Assembly: GCA_963709325.1 (NCBI GenBank)
Contig: CAVPVV010000003.1
Location: forward strand, 2,561,147-2,625,146
Length of the DNA: 64,000 nucleotides
Direction: 5' to 3'
Source: an uncultured Acidobacteriota bacterium
GTDB taxonomy: Bacteria > Acidobacteriota > Vicinamibacteria > Vicinamibacterales > UBA2999
Shown: positions 36,118 to 46,302 of the stretch, piece by piece
Layout: each line of letters starts with the position of its first letter
How positions within the stretch are numbered: the stretch's first letter is position 1
Notes under the pieces: model-generated
Databases searched by the model: none
The model's input: the letters and a program-made list of their open reading frames with translations, nothing else
What the model was told of the DNA's origin: nothing
Made by a program: the position numbers and the translations under genes

Positions 36118-38862
36118 CTATTTCGGCGACCCGGGCGCGGAGGCGGGGGCCTGTCCGAGGCTCAGGAGATTCGCCATCAACCGGAACGCGCCATCGGTGC
36201 CGGCCGGCAGCTGACGCCACAGGCCCAGGCCGATGTAGATCCAGCGTCCCTTGCCGACTTCCGCTTCGACCAGCGCGCCGCGCTTGGTTCCTTGGTTGTA
36301 CGCGAACGGCTCCTCGAACTCGAGCAGGTCCTTGATGTGCGGATCGCGATCCTGGGCGTCGAAGAAGTAGAGCCCGCGTTCCTGGACCCAGCCGGTCCAG
36401 TCCGCTCGCCCGATCTGGTTTGGTGTGTTGAACACCGGATTCTTCGGTTCGAGCAGACGCACTTCGGCGTTCTCGTCGGTCACACGCTCGCGGCCGACCT
36501 TACCCGGGTAAGGGGCGTACTGGGCATCGTTGAACTCGAACTTGTTGTAGTTGACGATCACGGTGCCGCCGGCGGCCGCGTAGTCGAGCAGCCGCTGGTT
36601 GTAGGCACGCAGATCGAGGCGCCGCTCGTAGGCACGGACGCCGGTCATCACCACGTCGTATTTCGTCAGGTCGCCCCAGGCCAGCTCCTCGGGCCCAATC
36701 ATCGACACCGACACGCCGAGCTGTTCGAGCGCTTCGGGAATCTGATCGCCGACGCCCATCACGTAGCCGATCTTCAGGTTCGGCTTGACCGCGACGTCCA
36801 CGGCCTTCGCCGTCACCTCGGGTGCAACCAGCACGTGCCGCCGCGTGGTGTGCGGGTATTCGACGAGTTGATAGCCCTGCGCGTAGGTGGCACCGCCGTC
36901 GCGAACGACCGCCTTGATCGAGAACTGGCTGCCGCCTGGCTTCGCCGCCGCGGACGCCAGCATCGGCGACGGCGGGGCGTCGACGAAGAAGCGCACGGTC
37001 ATCGCCTCGTCCTCACGCGAGAACGACACCGGCTGGCTCGCCGGCGTCGCGCGCCAGCCCTGCGGCAGCTCGAGAGCGACCTCACCCCTGGCGGCGCCCC
37101 TCGCGTGGTTCAGCACGGTGACGCGCACGTCCTTGCGCGTGCCGCGGGCGTTGGCCGGCGTCGCGCGGCTTGGCACGATCAACGTGTCGGGGCTGGCCGT
37201 CACCGCGAAGGCGGGCACGACGTGCAGCTCGGCCCGCTTCTCGCCGCTGAACAGGTTGCCTTCGGAACGCGCCTGCACCGGGATCGTCACCGGGAATTCC
37301 ACGCCGGCGACCGCGAAGGTGAACGTCGCGGTGAAGGGCGTCGGGCGGAATGGCAACCCGAACGGCACGTCCGGATCGAGGATGAAGCGCGCCGCGTCTT
37401 TCGCGTACTTGAAATGTGCGGCTGTCGGACGCGCGGCGGCAGGGATGACGCCGCCCTTCTCCGTTGGCTGATCGAAGCCGTTCAACGTCCGCGACTTCAC
37501 TTCCACGGGCGTGGTCCCGCGAGCCGCGGCGATCAATTGCACGCCCACCTGCTGGCCCGGCGTCACCACGCCGTCGTCGGCGACTGCGTCGATGCGCATG
37601 TCGGTGGCGGCGACAATCGCGTTGATGAACTGCGATTCCTTCTGCGCCAGGCGGAAGTCGATCTCGAACGTGCCGCTGTCGGACAGCCCCATGCCGGCCA
37701 GGCTCTGACGGAGCGTGCGCACCGCGGTCAGCCCGGCGGCCAGCGGAGCAACGGTGGCGGCGCTGGTTTCGGCGCCGAGTGCGCGCCGTGCGGCTTCGAC
37801 GTGACCGGCAATCGTCGCGAGCGATTGGGTCAGCGCGGCGGGCGGATTGGTGCCAGCGTAGGCAGCCAGCGATCCGAGGCTGACGTCGATACCGTCGAAC
37901 GGCTCTTTCTCGGCGCGATCAACGCCGTCAGGCAGGACGGTGTCGCGCAGCCGGTAGGAGCGCGGACCGGACATGAACCCGCCCTCTCCCGGCAAGGGCA
38001 GGAGCTGCGACATGCCCTGGCACTTGTGCATGCTGCGGGCTTCACCCTGCAGCTCGTTGTAGGTGCGGCCGAGGACGTGGTCGTAATCCGCGCCGCCAGT
38101 GAACATCAGCGGCTTCGACGCACCGGGGCCGCTGAACTGCTGAGGGCCACCGCGTCCGCCGCCCGGACCGAAGCCCGCGGTGTAGTAGAACTTGGTCGCC
38201 TGCCAGGGGCGGAGCCCGTCCTTGATCTGCTCGGGGAACTGATTCGGATCCGCGGCCGCGCGAAACGCTTCGGCGGTGAGCCGCGAGGAGGTCTGGTGAT
38301 GCTGTCCGCCGCCCTCACCGTCGAACACGAAGCCGACGATGACCTGGGGGCGGATCGTGCGGATCATGCGCACGTAGTCGCCGAGGATCTCCTGGTGGCC
38401 CCACTTTTCCAGCGTCTCCTCGACGCTGAACGAAAAGCCGAAATCGACCGCGCGCGTGAAGTACTGCTCGGCGCCATCATAGCGGTGGGCCGCCAGCAGC
38501 TCCTCGGTCCGCAGCACCGCAAGCGCCTCGAAGAGCTCCGGGCCGATCTCGTTCTGTCCGCCCTCTCCGCGGGTCGCCGTCACCAGGGTAGTCCGCATCC
38601 CCTTGCCGTGGCCGTAATAGGCCAGCATGGCGTTGTTCTCATCGTCGGGATGCGCCGTCGTCATCATGAGAGTCCCGACCGTGTCCAGCTTCCGCAGCGC
38701 CAGTTCGACAGCCGGTACTCCGCGCAGCGCCGCCACCGGCTGCAACTGGTGCTGCGCGGTGGGCGCCTCAATCAGCGCCGCGACCCCCAGAGTGGCTATA
38801 GCCAGGCGCTGCGCGAGGCGCCGCGTCCAATGACGATTGGTGATTGCCGATTGACGATTCAT
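36118..38862 (-). CDS. Large PIG-L (LmbE-like) family deacetylase with C-terminal ThuA/GATase1-like domain
   Basis: Contains the AHPDDENNAML motif and a signal-like RRLAQRLAIATLGVAALIEAPTAQ. The listed start at 39018 runs through the repeat element; ATG 38862 (MNRQSAITNRHW) is the more likely start. Confidence 0.75.
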   Translation of the reverse strand: MNRQSAITNRHWTRRLAQRLAIATLGVAALIEAPTAQHQLQPVAALRGVPAVELALRKLDTVGTLMMTTAHPDDENNAMLAYYGHGKGMRTTLVTATRGEGGQNEIGPELFEALAVLRTEELLAAHRYDGAEQYFTRAVDFGFSFSVEETLEKWGHQEILGDYVRMIRTIRPQVIVGFVFDGEGGGQHHQTSSRLTAEAFRAAADPNQFPEQIKDGLRPWQATKFYYTAGFGPGGGRGGPQQFSGPGASKPLMFTGGADYDHVLGRTYNELQGEARSMHKCQGMSQLLPLPGEGGFMSGPRSYRLRDTVLPDGVDRAEKEPFDGIDVSLGSLAAYAGTNPPAALTQSLATIAGHVEAARRALGAETSAATVAPLAAGLTAVRTLRQSLAGMGLSDSGTFEIDFRLAQKESQFINAIVAATDMRIDAVADDGVVTPGQQVGVQLIAAARGTTPVEVKSRTLNGFDQPTEKGGVIPAAARPTAAHFKYAKDAARFILDPDVPFGLPFRPTPFTATFTFAVAGVEFPVTIPVQARSEGNLFSGEKRAELHVVPAFAVTASPDTLIVPSRATPANARGTRKDVRVTVLNHARGAARGEVALELPQGWRATPASQPVSFSREDEAMTVRFFVDAPPSPMLASAAAKPGGSQFSIKAVVRDGGATYAQGYQLVEYPHTTRRHVLVAPEVTAKAVDVAVKPNLKIGYVMGVGDQIPEALEQLGVSVSMIGPEELAWGDLTKYDVVMTGVRAYERRLDLRAYNQRLLDYAAAGGTVIVNYNKFEFNDAQYAPYPGKVGRERVTDENAEVRLLEPKNPVFNTPNQIGRADWTGWVQERGLYFFDAQDRDPHIKDLLEFEEPFAYNQGTKRGALVEAEVGKGRWIYIGLGLWRQLPAGTDGAFRLMANLLSLGQAPASAPGSPK

Positions 38863-39191
38863 TGATGATTCGCGATTGGGAAATTGCGGCATTCGATTGG
38901 TGATTGAGGGAGTGGCGATTGGATCATTGACGAATGCTGATTGGTGATTGGGATTGGACGACAAGCCGCGGCCGAGACCGAGATCGCGCTTGGCCCGGCG
39001 AGAGAACGGTGCGAACACGGGGCATCAACTGAGGCGCTGGTTCGGCCAAATTGCCAATCAAATCGCCAATCGCCAATCGTCATTCGCCAAATCGCCAGTG
39101 CCCCAGTGCAGCAATCGACAATCGAATGCCGCAATCCCAAATTGCCAAGCATCAATCGATCGTCAATCGTCAATCGGCCATTCGTCAATGG
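38827..39191. repeat. CGATTGN/NCAATCG heptamer-periodic inverted-repeat element, family copy 2 (arms ~130-145 bp, ~88-bp unique core)
   Basis: Left arm 38827-38957 and right arm 39046-39191 are mutually complementary (for example gattgggaaattgcggcattcgattg versus caatcgaatgccgcaatcccaaattgcc). The termini are homologous to those of copy 1. Confidence 0.8.
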
Positions 39192-39207
39192 ACGCGGCAA
39201 CGGCGGC

Positions 39208-42097
39208 TCAGAACGTGAACTTGAACCCAATCTGCAGCTGCCTCTGCTCGTACCCGCTGTTCGGCGTCAGCTGGTTAGCCGACGTCGGCAGCGGCGCCAC
39301 CGGGCTGCCGTTGGCATCGGTGGTGATGGTCGAGTTCACGCCAGCCCACTGTTCGGTGTTGAAGAGGTTCTTGACCTCGGCGATCACCTCGGCAGCGGTG
39401 TTGTGGGCAAACCGGATCCGCCGTGAATAGCGGAAGTCGACGTTGTAGCGGGCCGGCAGGTTGATCGAGTTGCGTGTCACGCCGGCCGGGCGGTCCGCAC
39501 CGATCGCGTCGTTGTTCAGTTCGCGGTTGCTGCGCAGCGTGACCGGGATGCCGCTCGCGAACTGCAGCGCGATGCCGAACAGGTTGTTGTTCAGGATCGC
39601 GCCGGCGACACCCGCCTGTCGAAGCGCGGCTGCGCCACGATGCTGCCGACGAAGGTATGGCGCTGGTCGAGGATGTTCGGGCCCATGTCGGGTCGAGGTT
39701 GGCGGGATCGCTGCGCGCCGGTGTCGCCCTGCACGGACAGCGTGCTCGTGATCGGCGCGTTGTCTTCGCTCTTCGCCAGGGTGTAGGCCAGGTCGCACCC
39801 GATGTCGTGGTAATGCGGCGGGTGAACTGCAGCGTCAGGTTCTTGTAAGACGACTCGCCAATCGACTGCGACGAGAAGACCACGTTGAAGCGCGGATCGA
39901 CGCGGGTCGCGGCGTTGATGGCGGTGTTGAAGATCGGGAGGCCGTCGGCGAGCTCGCCGATCGGGCCGAGCAGGTTGATGTTCGGTCACGACCGGCAGGT
40001 TGTAGCCGCTTCAGGTAACGCAGCGCCGACACCGACCGAGTAGCGGTCGTTCAGGGCGTCGTTCGAGCTGGACGTTGTTCTGCCACATCCTGGCAATCTG
40101 GAAGTCCGGATCGACAATCCACGGATTGTTCGGCCGCGGCGTTCCCGCTGCCGGAGCGAGGACGTTGGGAAAGCCGGCGCACCGACCTGCGTCGCCTGCA
40201 GCGAAAGCCACGCGCGCGCGTGGTGCCGTCGTTGCGATCGCCTGCTCGTAGATCGCGTTGATCGGCTGGTCGTACATCAGGCCGCTGTTGCCGCGCAGAC
40301 CGGTGCGCTGGTCCCCACCGAGCGCCCACACGAAGCCGACCCGCGGCGCGACGTTGTTCTTGTCGGTGGGAAACTCGTGCGAGGCGTCGAGCACGGCGGT
40401 TCGGGACGCCCTCCGGCGGCGTGTAGGTGTCGTAGCGCACGACCGTAGAGGAGCTTAAGCGTCGGGGTGAGACGCCAGTCGTCCTGCACGAAGAAGCCGT
40501 ACATCCGCGTGTTGTACTCGTAGGTCGGATTGCCGACGAATTGCTGGAACGAGGTGTAGCCGAACGGATTGGCCCCGCTGCGCGCCGCCAGAAACGCGTC
40601 GACGTTCGCGAACGTGTAGAGCTGGATCAGCGTCTGCGTGCGCGAGTCGCTGACCGCCTGCGGTTGAAGCCGAACTTGTAGGCGTGATTGCCGCGGATGT
40701 AGGTCAGAGTTGTCGAGGACTTGAAAAATCGCCCTCGGTGAACCCGAAGCCCGGAATCGGCGTTGCCGCGAACCGGACCGCCGAAGTTGGCCACGCCGTT
40801 GATGCGGACGCCGGTCCGGTCCCCGCCTGCGAGCCCGGCAGCCCTCGACTGCGTGCGCGTCGCATACTGCACACGGAACTCGTTCAGGAGCCCGTGCCGA
40901 TCGTCGAGACCAGCTGCCCGCCGGTGGAGTGCTGACGGTCGGTGAAGTCGGTCCCCTGCTGCACCGAGTTCGGAACGCCGGACGTCGTGCTGCCGATGTT
41001 GTTGGGAATGAAATTGTCGAAGAAGATGTAGCGGACCGATGAGCCGGTTGTTGGTCGAGACGTTGTGATCGATCTTGCCGATCGCGAACTCGTCTTCGCC
41101 TCGGCGGGAATGTAGGCTGCGGCTCGGAGAGCCCCAGGCCGCGCGGCATTGGCCGGCGTGATCGTCACGACGCGCGCGCCCGACAGGTCGCGCTCGGTGT
41201 GCTCGAGTCCGCCGAAGTAGAATGGGTCTTGTTCTTGATGATCGGCCCGCCGTTGTCGGCGGTGAAGATGTTCACCTTGGTCGGCGGCTTGACGCGGTCG
41301 GTCGCGAAGAACGGCAGCTCCACCATCGGCTTCCGCTGGAAGCGATAGCTCGCCTGCCCGTGGCAGGTCGATTGGTGCCCGACGGGGTGATCGCGTTGTA
41401 GACCAGCCCCATCGTCTGACCGAACTCGGGCGCGTAGCCGGTGGTGACGACCTTGACCTCGCGGATCATCACCTCGGACATCGGCATCTGCCGCAGGCCG
41501 GCGCGATCCTTCTGCGGTGTTGTCGTTGCCGTCGATCTGATAGTTCACGCGCAGCAGCGCGCCGTTGGCGGTGAGGCGCGGGACGCCGAACTCTTGCGTC
41601 TCGAAGCCGACGACGCCGGGCTGGAGCAGCGCGAAGTTGTACGGGTTCCTCGAGGTGAGCGGCAGCGTCTTGATCTCGGCGCTCGTCAACGTCCGCCCCT
41701 GCTCGATCTTGCCGAGGTCGACGAGCGGGGAATCGGCGGTGACCGAGACCGTCTCGGTGACCGCGCCGACCGACAGCTTGACGTCGACCACGGCGATCTG
41801 CCCGGCGCGAAGCGAGATGCCGCTCTGCTCGTACTTCTTGAAGCCTTGCAGCTCGGCGGCGACGCGATAGTCGCCGAGCGGCAGCAGCAGCGCGCGATAC
41901 ACGCCGCTCTCGTTGGTAATCACCGACCTCGTATCACCGGTTTCGACATTGCGCACGGTGACGACGACCCCGGGCAGGACCGCCCCCTGGTCGTCGGTGA
42001 CCGTGCCTTCGATGGTGCCGTTGATGGCCGTGGTCTGAGCGGCGCTGGGGAGCGCCGACGCGAACGCAAGCAAGAGTGCGAGGACTAGGCGGAGCAT
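39208..42097 (-). pseudogene. TonB-dependent receptor with CarboxypepD_reg N-domain, broken by many frameshifts
   Basis: GGAGG plus the ATG at 42097 give the signal peptide MLRLVLALLLAFASALPSAAQ, followed by GTVTDDQGAVLPGVVVTVRNVETG. Receptor-typical segments are scattered over all three minus frames (ORFs 41165, 41272, 40884, 40277, 40627, 40051, 40011, 39591, 39275, 39208). The gene ends with the canonical ...YEQRQLQIGFKFTF*. Confidence 0.8.
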
Positions 42098-42205
42098 GAG
42101 GGACGCCTCCAGAAAAGGTGCAAACCCGCAGTATATCGCTAGTGTTTCCGATGCCCGAGGGCGGCCGCCGGGTCGCCCTTTTCGCACCTAGCGCACCCGT
42201 CGCAC

Positions 42206-43705
42206 CTACTTGCAGAGATGCCAGCCCTCGAATGCTTCGAGCTCCTGGCGCCCTTCACATGGTTGCGTCTCGATGATCACGGTTGCCGGCCCCGCCGCGT
42301 CGGCGTGCTCCCTGTACTCGCGAATCCGCTCCATGTCGGTAGAGGCGACCTTCACCCGCTCGCGGGTGACGAACGACAGCTCGTAGGCGCGCCAGTACCC
42401 GGCCCGAGCGGCGGTCACTCCGATTGCCTCGAGGTGGGCGGCCAGCGGGACGAGATGCGGCGGCGGCGGTTCACGGCGGGCGTATTGCAGCACGCTGATG
42501 TGGTCGAGGCAGGCGGCCGACGCCAGGAGCGCCAGTCCCATCGCGCCCATGGCGCGCAGCGCCGCCGGCCGCCGGTCCTGCAGCGCCAGCGCGCCGATCG
42601 AGATGGGAAGGAACAACGCCAGTAACCCATACCGGAACGTAAACATCGTCAGGTTCCGCGACAGCGGGTAAACGATTACGGCCTCCAAACCGATGAGGCA
42701 CAGGTAGATCGGAAACGCCGTTGCCTCCAGCGATCGGCACCGAACGAGATCCACCGCCAGCCATAAGAGCACAGCACCGCCAATCAGGGTGACAAGCGGC
42801 AGCAGATCGGGCCAGCCAACGTGAATGGACGACCCGATGTTGATCAGCGAAGGCCGGAAGCCAAAGAGACCCAGGAGTTGGGGCAGGTGCTCGGTGACCA
42901 TCGCGCGGAACCGGTGCGGCAGTTCCACTGGCTCGAAGCGTACGCGTCCGAGCACTTGCGACACGTTGTTCGCCACAGCCGTGGGGGGACGAATGCCCGC
43001 CGTTCCCGGGCCGAGCAGGTCGGCATGCGGCTTCAGCACGCTCACCACCACGAGCACGATTGCGAAGAAAGCGGCGGTAGTCAGCCAGGGCCTGACCAGG
43101 GACAGGACTCGTCCGCGCGCCTGCACCATCTGCACGGCCAGCAACGCCGGCACGGCATAGATGGTGAACTCGCGGTTCAGGAACGCGATCCCGAGAACGA
43201 TCCCGAGCCAGGGCGGCCGGTCACGGAGCACCCAGATCAGGAGCACCCAGAGGAACGGCTCGACGTTGCCGCCCTGTGCTTCGACGAGGTGCGCGGCCGT
43301 GATAAACGGCGCCATCGCGAATGGCGCGGCCGCCAGGGCGGCCAACCACGGCGCCAGCTTCGCCTCGCGGATCAACAGCCACCAGAGGAGCAGCGCGGCC
43401 GCGATGTTCAGGAGGATCATCGTCAGGCGCAGCGCGAACACCGTCGGCCCAAGCAGCGCGAAGACGGGCGCCATCACCCACGCCTCGACCGCGAGCATGT
43501 ATTCCTGCCCGTAGAAGAACAGCGGCCTGGCTCGTCCCTCGACGAGGTGCTTGGCCATCAAACCGACAATCGCCTGGTCCGAGTCGAAGTAGCTCTCGCT
43601 GTAGTGGATGAAGAAAAAGGAACGTAATCCGACTGCTGCAACCAAAGCGGTCGCAGCGAGTGCAAGGTGCCCGGTGCGTTGTGCGGAGGTGTTGCTGGAT
43701 GTCAC
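42206..43705 (-). CDS. Polytopic membrane protein, putative GT-C-fold glycosyltransferase (second copy of this architecture)
   Basis: Contains FDSDQAIVGLMAKHLVEGRARPLFFYGQEYM near the N-terminus and many TM helices. The listed start 43936 overlaps the upstream gene by ~200 nt; GTG 43705 is the likely start. Confidence 0.5.
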   Translation of the reverse strand: MTSSNTSAQRTGHLALAATALVAAVGLRSFFFIHYSESYFDSDQAIVGLMAKHLVEGRARPLFFYGQEYMLAVEAWVMAPVFALLGPTVFALRLTMILLNIAAALLLWWLLIREAKLAPWLAALAAAPFAMAPFITAAHLVEAQGGNVEPFLWVLLIWVLRDRPPWLGIVLGIAFLNREFTIYAVPALLAVQMVQARGRVLSLVRPWLTTAAFFAIVLVVVSVLKPHADLLGPGTAGIRPPTAVANNVSQVLGRVRFEPVELPHRFRAMVTEHLPQLLGLFGFRPSLINIGSSIHVGWPDLLPLVTLIGGAVLLWLAVDLVRCRSLEATAFPIYLCLIGLEAVIVYPLSRNLTMFTFRYGLLALFLPISIGALALQDRRPAALRAMGAMGLALLASAACLDHISVLQYARREPPPPHLVPLAAHLEAIGVTAARAGYWRAYELSFVTRERVKVASTDMERIREYREHADAAGPATVIIETQPCEGRQELEAFEGWHLCK

Positions 43706-43733
43706 GTGCTCGGCGCGTCGGCGCTCGACTGCT

Positions 43734-44957
43734 TCAAAGAATTCTCGCGAAGCCGAAAAGCTCGTCCTCCGTCGTCGTCGAGCCCTGAAGATGCCGCAAC
43801 AGGATCCGGCTGGCAACAAACGCGCGTGCCGGATCGTGGGCGGTGCCGAACGCAAACAGCTGGTGCGGGAAGTTGCGGTGCGGACCGGCGTCCAACCCAC
43901 CGTCCACGCTGTGGGCCAGGTCCAGCGACCACCCATAGGCGGGCATCACGCCTGAAATATCCGGATAGAGGCGCGTGAGCTCGTACATGAGCTCGCCGGT
44001 CCGCTGCACGTCCAGGCGACGGGCCTGCGCCGGCTTCGGGCGCGCCGCATCGCGGCCGGTGACGGCAACTCGGTGATCGGCCGTCCAGCGGATCGCGTGA
44101 GGCGGCACGTCCGTGTCATAGGCGACGTGGGCATGCGGACCGATCGCACTGCGGACGTTCTGAGGCAAGGGCTCGGTGACGACCATCCCGCGGGACTCCC
44201 AGCGGAAGTGGCGCTTCAGTCCGCGCACCAGAGCGGTCGGCTCGCCGGTGCAGTGCACCACGCGTGGCGAGACGATGCGGCCATGCGCCGTGACGACGGT
44301 GGCTTTCACGCGATCGAAGGTGATCTTCGTGACCGGGGTTCGCTCGAAAATACGGGCCCCGCGCGCCGCCGCGGCCCGGGTGAACCCGAGGAGCAGGCGG
44401 TAGGGATCGCAGGTGGCCCAGGGCGACAGCCGGGCGCCTTCGGTCGCTTCCGCGCCCGACGCCTTACGCAGCGCGAGTGACTTGAGCCAGGACGTCTCGA
44501 TGGAAGCGTCGCGGCGCGCGGTCAACTCCTTCTTGAGCGCGGCCGTGTTGCTACCGCTGGCGACGAACCGGATCGCGTCGAGCGCCTCGAATCCGCACTT
44601 GATGTCCAGCCGCCGAACGGTCGCACCCAGGTCGCGCACGCCTCTCCGCAACTGCTCGAACTGCGCCCGAGCAACGCGCCGGCCCGACGCATCCTGGAGC
44701 GCGAGGAACGAGGATGACGCTTCGCCGGCACAAATCCCCGCGCTCCGCCCGCTGCCGCCGTGGCCGAGGCGATCGGCCTCGAGCAGCAGCACCTTCATGC
44801 CCGCCGCAGCCGCGCCATACGCCGTCATCACACCGCTCAGCCCACCGCCGATGATGACCAGCGGCGCCTCGAGCTCGCCGCGGAACATCGGGTAGGACGG
44901 GCGCTTTTTCTGGGGAATTGCGTCAATCCACGGGGACGCCCCGTAACGGGTTGGCAC
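43734..44957 (-). CDS. FAD-dependent oxidoreductase (DAO / glycine-D-amino-acid oxidase-like family)
   Basis: Dinucleotide-binding motif VIIGGGLSGVMTAYGAAAAGMKVLLLE. GTG start at 44957. Confidence 0.8.
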   Translation of the reverse strand: MPTRYGASPWIDAIPQKKRPSYPMFRGELEAPLVIIGGGLSGVMTAYGAAAAGMKVLLLEADRLGHGGSGRSAGICAGEASSSFLALQDASGRRVARAQFEQLRRGVRDLGATVRRLDIKCGFEALDAIRFVASGSNTAALKKELTARRDASIETSWLKSLALRKASGAEATEGARLSPWATCDPYRLLLGFTRAAAARGARIFERTPVTKITFDRVKATVVTAHGRIVSPRVVHCTGEPTALVRGLKRHFRWESRGMVVTEPLPQNVRSAIGPHAHVAYDTDVPPHAIRWTADHRVAVTGRDAARPKPAQARRLDVQRTGELMYELTRLYPDISGVMPAYGWSLDLAHSVDGGLDAGPHRNFPHQLFAFGTAHDPARAFVASRILLRHLQGSTTTEDELFGFARIL

Positions 44958-45219
44958 GAAGGAATCTTACTTGCAAAGCACTGGGAGAGAGCCGCCTGGT
45001 GCTGCCGCAGCCGCGGCCGGAACGGGAGCAGACCGCGCCGTGAACCACGAGGCGCGGCTGATCGGGAGGGTCTCGCCGGAGGGATGGTCCGCACCGTGGC
45101 CATGCGACTGGGAGCGACCCGGTCCGGACTATCCCGTTCGCCCTTCGTCGCTCCCGATCAGCGAAGTCCCCTCCCGCCCAAGGGAAGCCGTTCCCGGCAC
45201 GGATCAGCAAGCCTCCCGC
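44958..45219. other. Structured non-coding region (candidate leader or small RNA), class not identified
   Basis: A hairpin pairs 45033-45039 with 45051-45057. A 12-bp perfect pairing joins 45057-45068 and 45151-45162. An 11-bp nested pairing joins 45081-45091 and 45125-45135 (one G-T position). A competing 9-bp pairing joins 45110-45118 and 45147-45155. Confidence 0.35.
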
Positions 45220-46302
45220 TCAGCGAGCGCGCTCGTGTTCTTGCGCGAGCAACCGCTTTTTCCGCTCCACGCCCCACCGGTACCCGCCGAGCCCGCCCCC
45301 GGTCTGCACCACGCGATGGCAGGGGACGACGATGGCGACCGGGTTCGCGGCACAGGCGCCGGCCACGGCGCGGACGGCGCGAGGCTGGCCGATGCTGCGC
45401 GCCACTTCGGCGTAGGGACGCGTCTGCCCATACGGGATCGCCTGCAGCGCACGCCACACCTTCCACTGGAACGCCGTGGCCTGCACGTCGACCGGCAGGT
45501 CCAGTGCGGGTGCTTCGCCCTTCAGGTGATCGACGATGGCCCGGACCCACTCGGCCCTGGCCGGCTCGCCCTCACGGATCTCCGCGGCGCGATATTCGTC
45601 GCGAAGGCCCTTGGCAAGCGCCTCGTCCGAGTCCCCGAGTTTCACCGCGCAGACGCCGTTCGCGGTCGTGCCGACGAGGAGCCGTCCGAACGGGCTGGGA
45701 ACTATGGAATAGGCGATCTGCATACCGGCTCCGTGCTTGCGGTACGCGGAGGGGCTCATCCCGCGCGAGGCGCCGCTCTCGTAGAGCCGGCTGGGCGACC
45801 CGTACCCTGCCTCGTAGATGGCCGTGGTCACGTCGTTGCCGCGTCGCAGGCTCGCACGCAGGCGGTCTTCCCTGCACGCCGCCTGGTATTCGCGCGGGGA
45901 CACGCCAACCAGCGCCTTGAATCGCCGCTGCAGGTGGTGCGGGCTCATCGAGGCGATCCGGCCCAGCCGGGCAAGTGTCACCGGCTGGTCGGCGTTTGCC
46001 GCCAGGTACGCCGATACCCGACGGACCGCTTCCATGCCGGGGACCCCGACATCGATTTGATCGGGCTTGCAGCGTTTGCAGGGCCGGAAGCCGGCCTGAC
46101 GCGCGGAGGTGCCGGTATCGAAGAACTTCACCCGATCGGCACGCGGCCGCCGGCTCGGGCAGCTCGGCCGGCAGTAGACGCCGGTCGAGGTGACACCGTA
46201 GACGAACGTGCCGTCGGCGGCGGGATCGCGGGCGGCCAGCGCCTTCCAACGCAGGTCGAGGCCGGTGGGAGCGCTCATGGCAATCGATTCATGCTGCATC
46301 AT
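45220..46302 (-). CDS. ada: Ada-type bifunctional regulator / methylated-DNA-protein-cysteine methyltransferase
   Basis: Zn-binding N-domain (YCRPSCPSRRP...FRPCKRCKP), AraC-type HTH, and an MGMT domain with PCHRVV. The first 230 aa of the listed 594-aa ORF are antisense to the hydrolase gene and are rejected. Confidence 0.85.
   Translation of the reverse strand: MMQHESIAMSAPTGLDLRWKALAARDPAADGTFVYGVTSTGVYCRPSCPSRRPRADRVKFFDTGTSARQAGFRPCKRCKPDQIDVGVPGMEAVRRVSAYLAANADQPVTLARLGRIASMSPHHLQRRFKALVGVSPREYQAACREDRLRASLRRGNDVTTAIYEAGYGSPSRLYESGASRGMSPSAYRKHGAGMQIAYSIVPSPFGRLLVGTTANGVCAVKLGDSDEALAKGLRDEYRAAEIREGEPARAEWVRAIVDHLKGEAPALDLPVDVQATAFQWKVWRALQAIPYGQTRPYAEVARSIGQPRAVRAVAGACAANPVAIVVPCHRVVQTGGGLGGYRWGVERKKRLLAQEHERAR

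Noticed and set aside
36067-38865. 932-aa plus-strand ORF
   Set aside because: Antisense shadow of the PIG-L deacetylase gene, with no motifs and extreme Arg/Gly/Ala content.
3596-39191. Calling the CGATTG/CAATCG elements bona fide MITEs or mobile elements
   Set aside because: No transposase is present in the window. I could not identify target-site duplications, and only two copies are visible. They are therefore reported as a repeat family rather than as mobile elements.
44951-44978. Sigma-54 promoter-like TTGGCACG...TTGCA
   Set aside because: The spacing between the GG and GC elements is 13 nt instead of the required ~5 nt between TGGCAC and TTGC. The TGGCAC also overlaps the GTG start codon region of the minus-strand gene.
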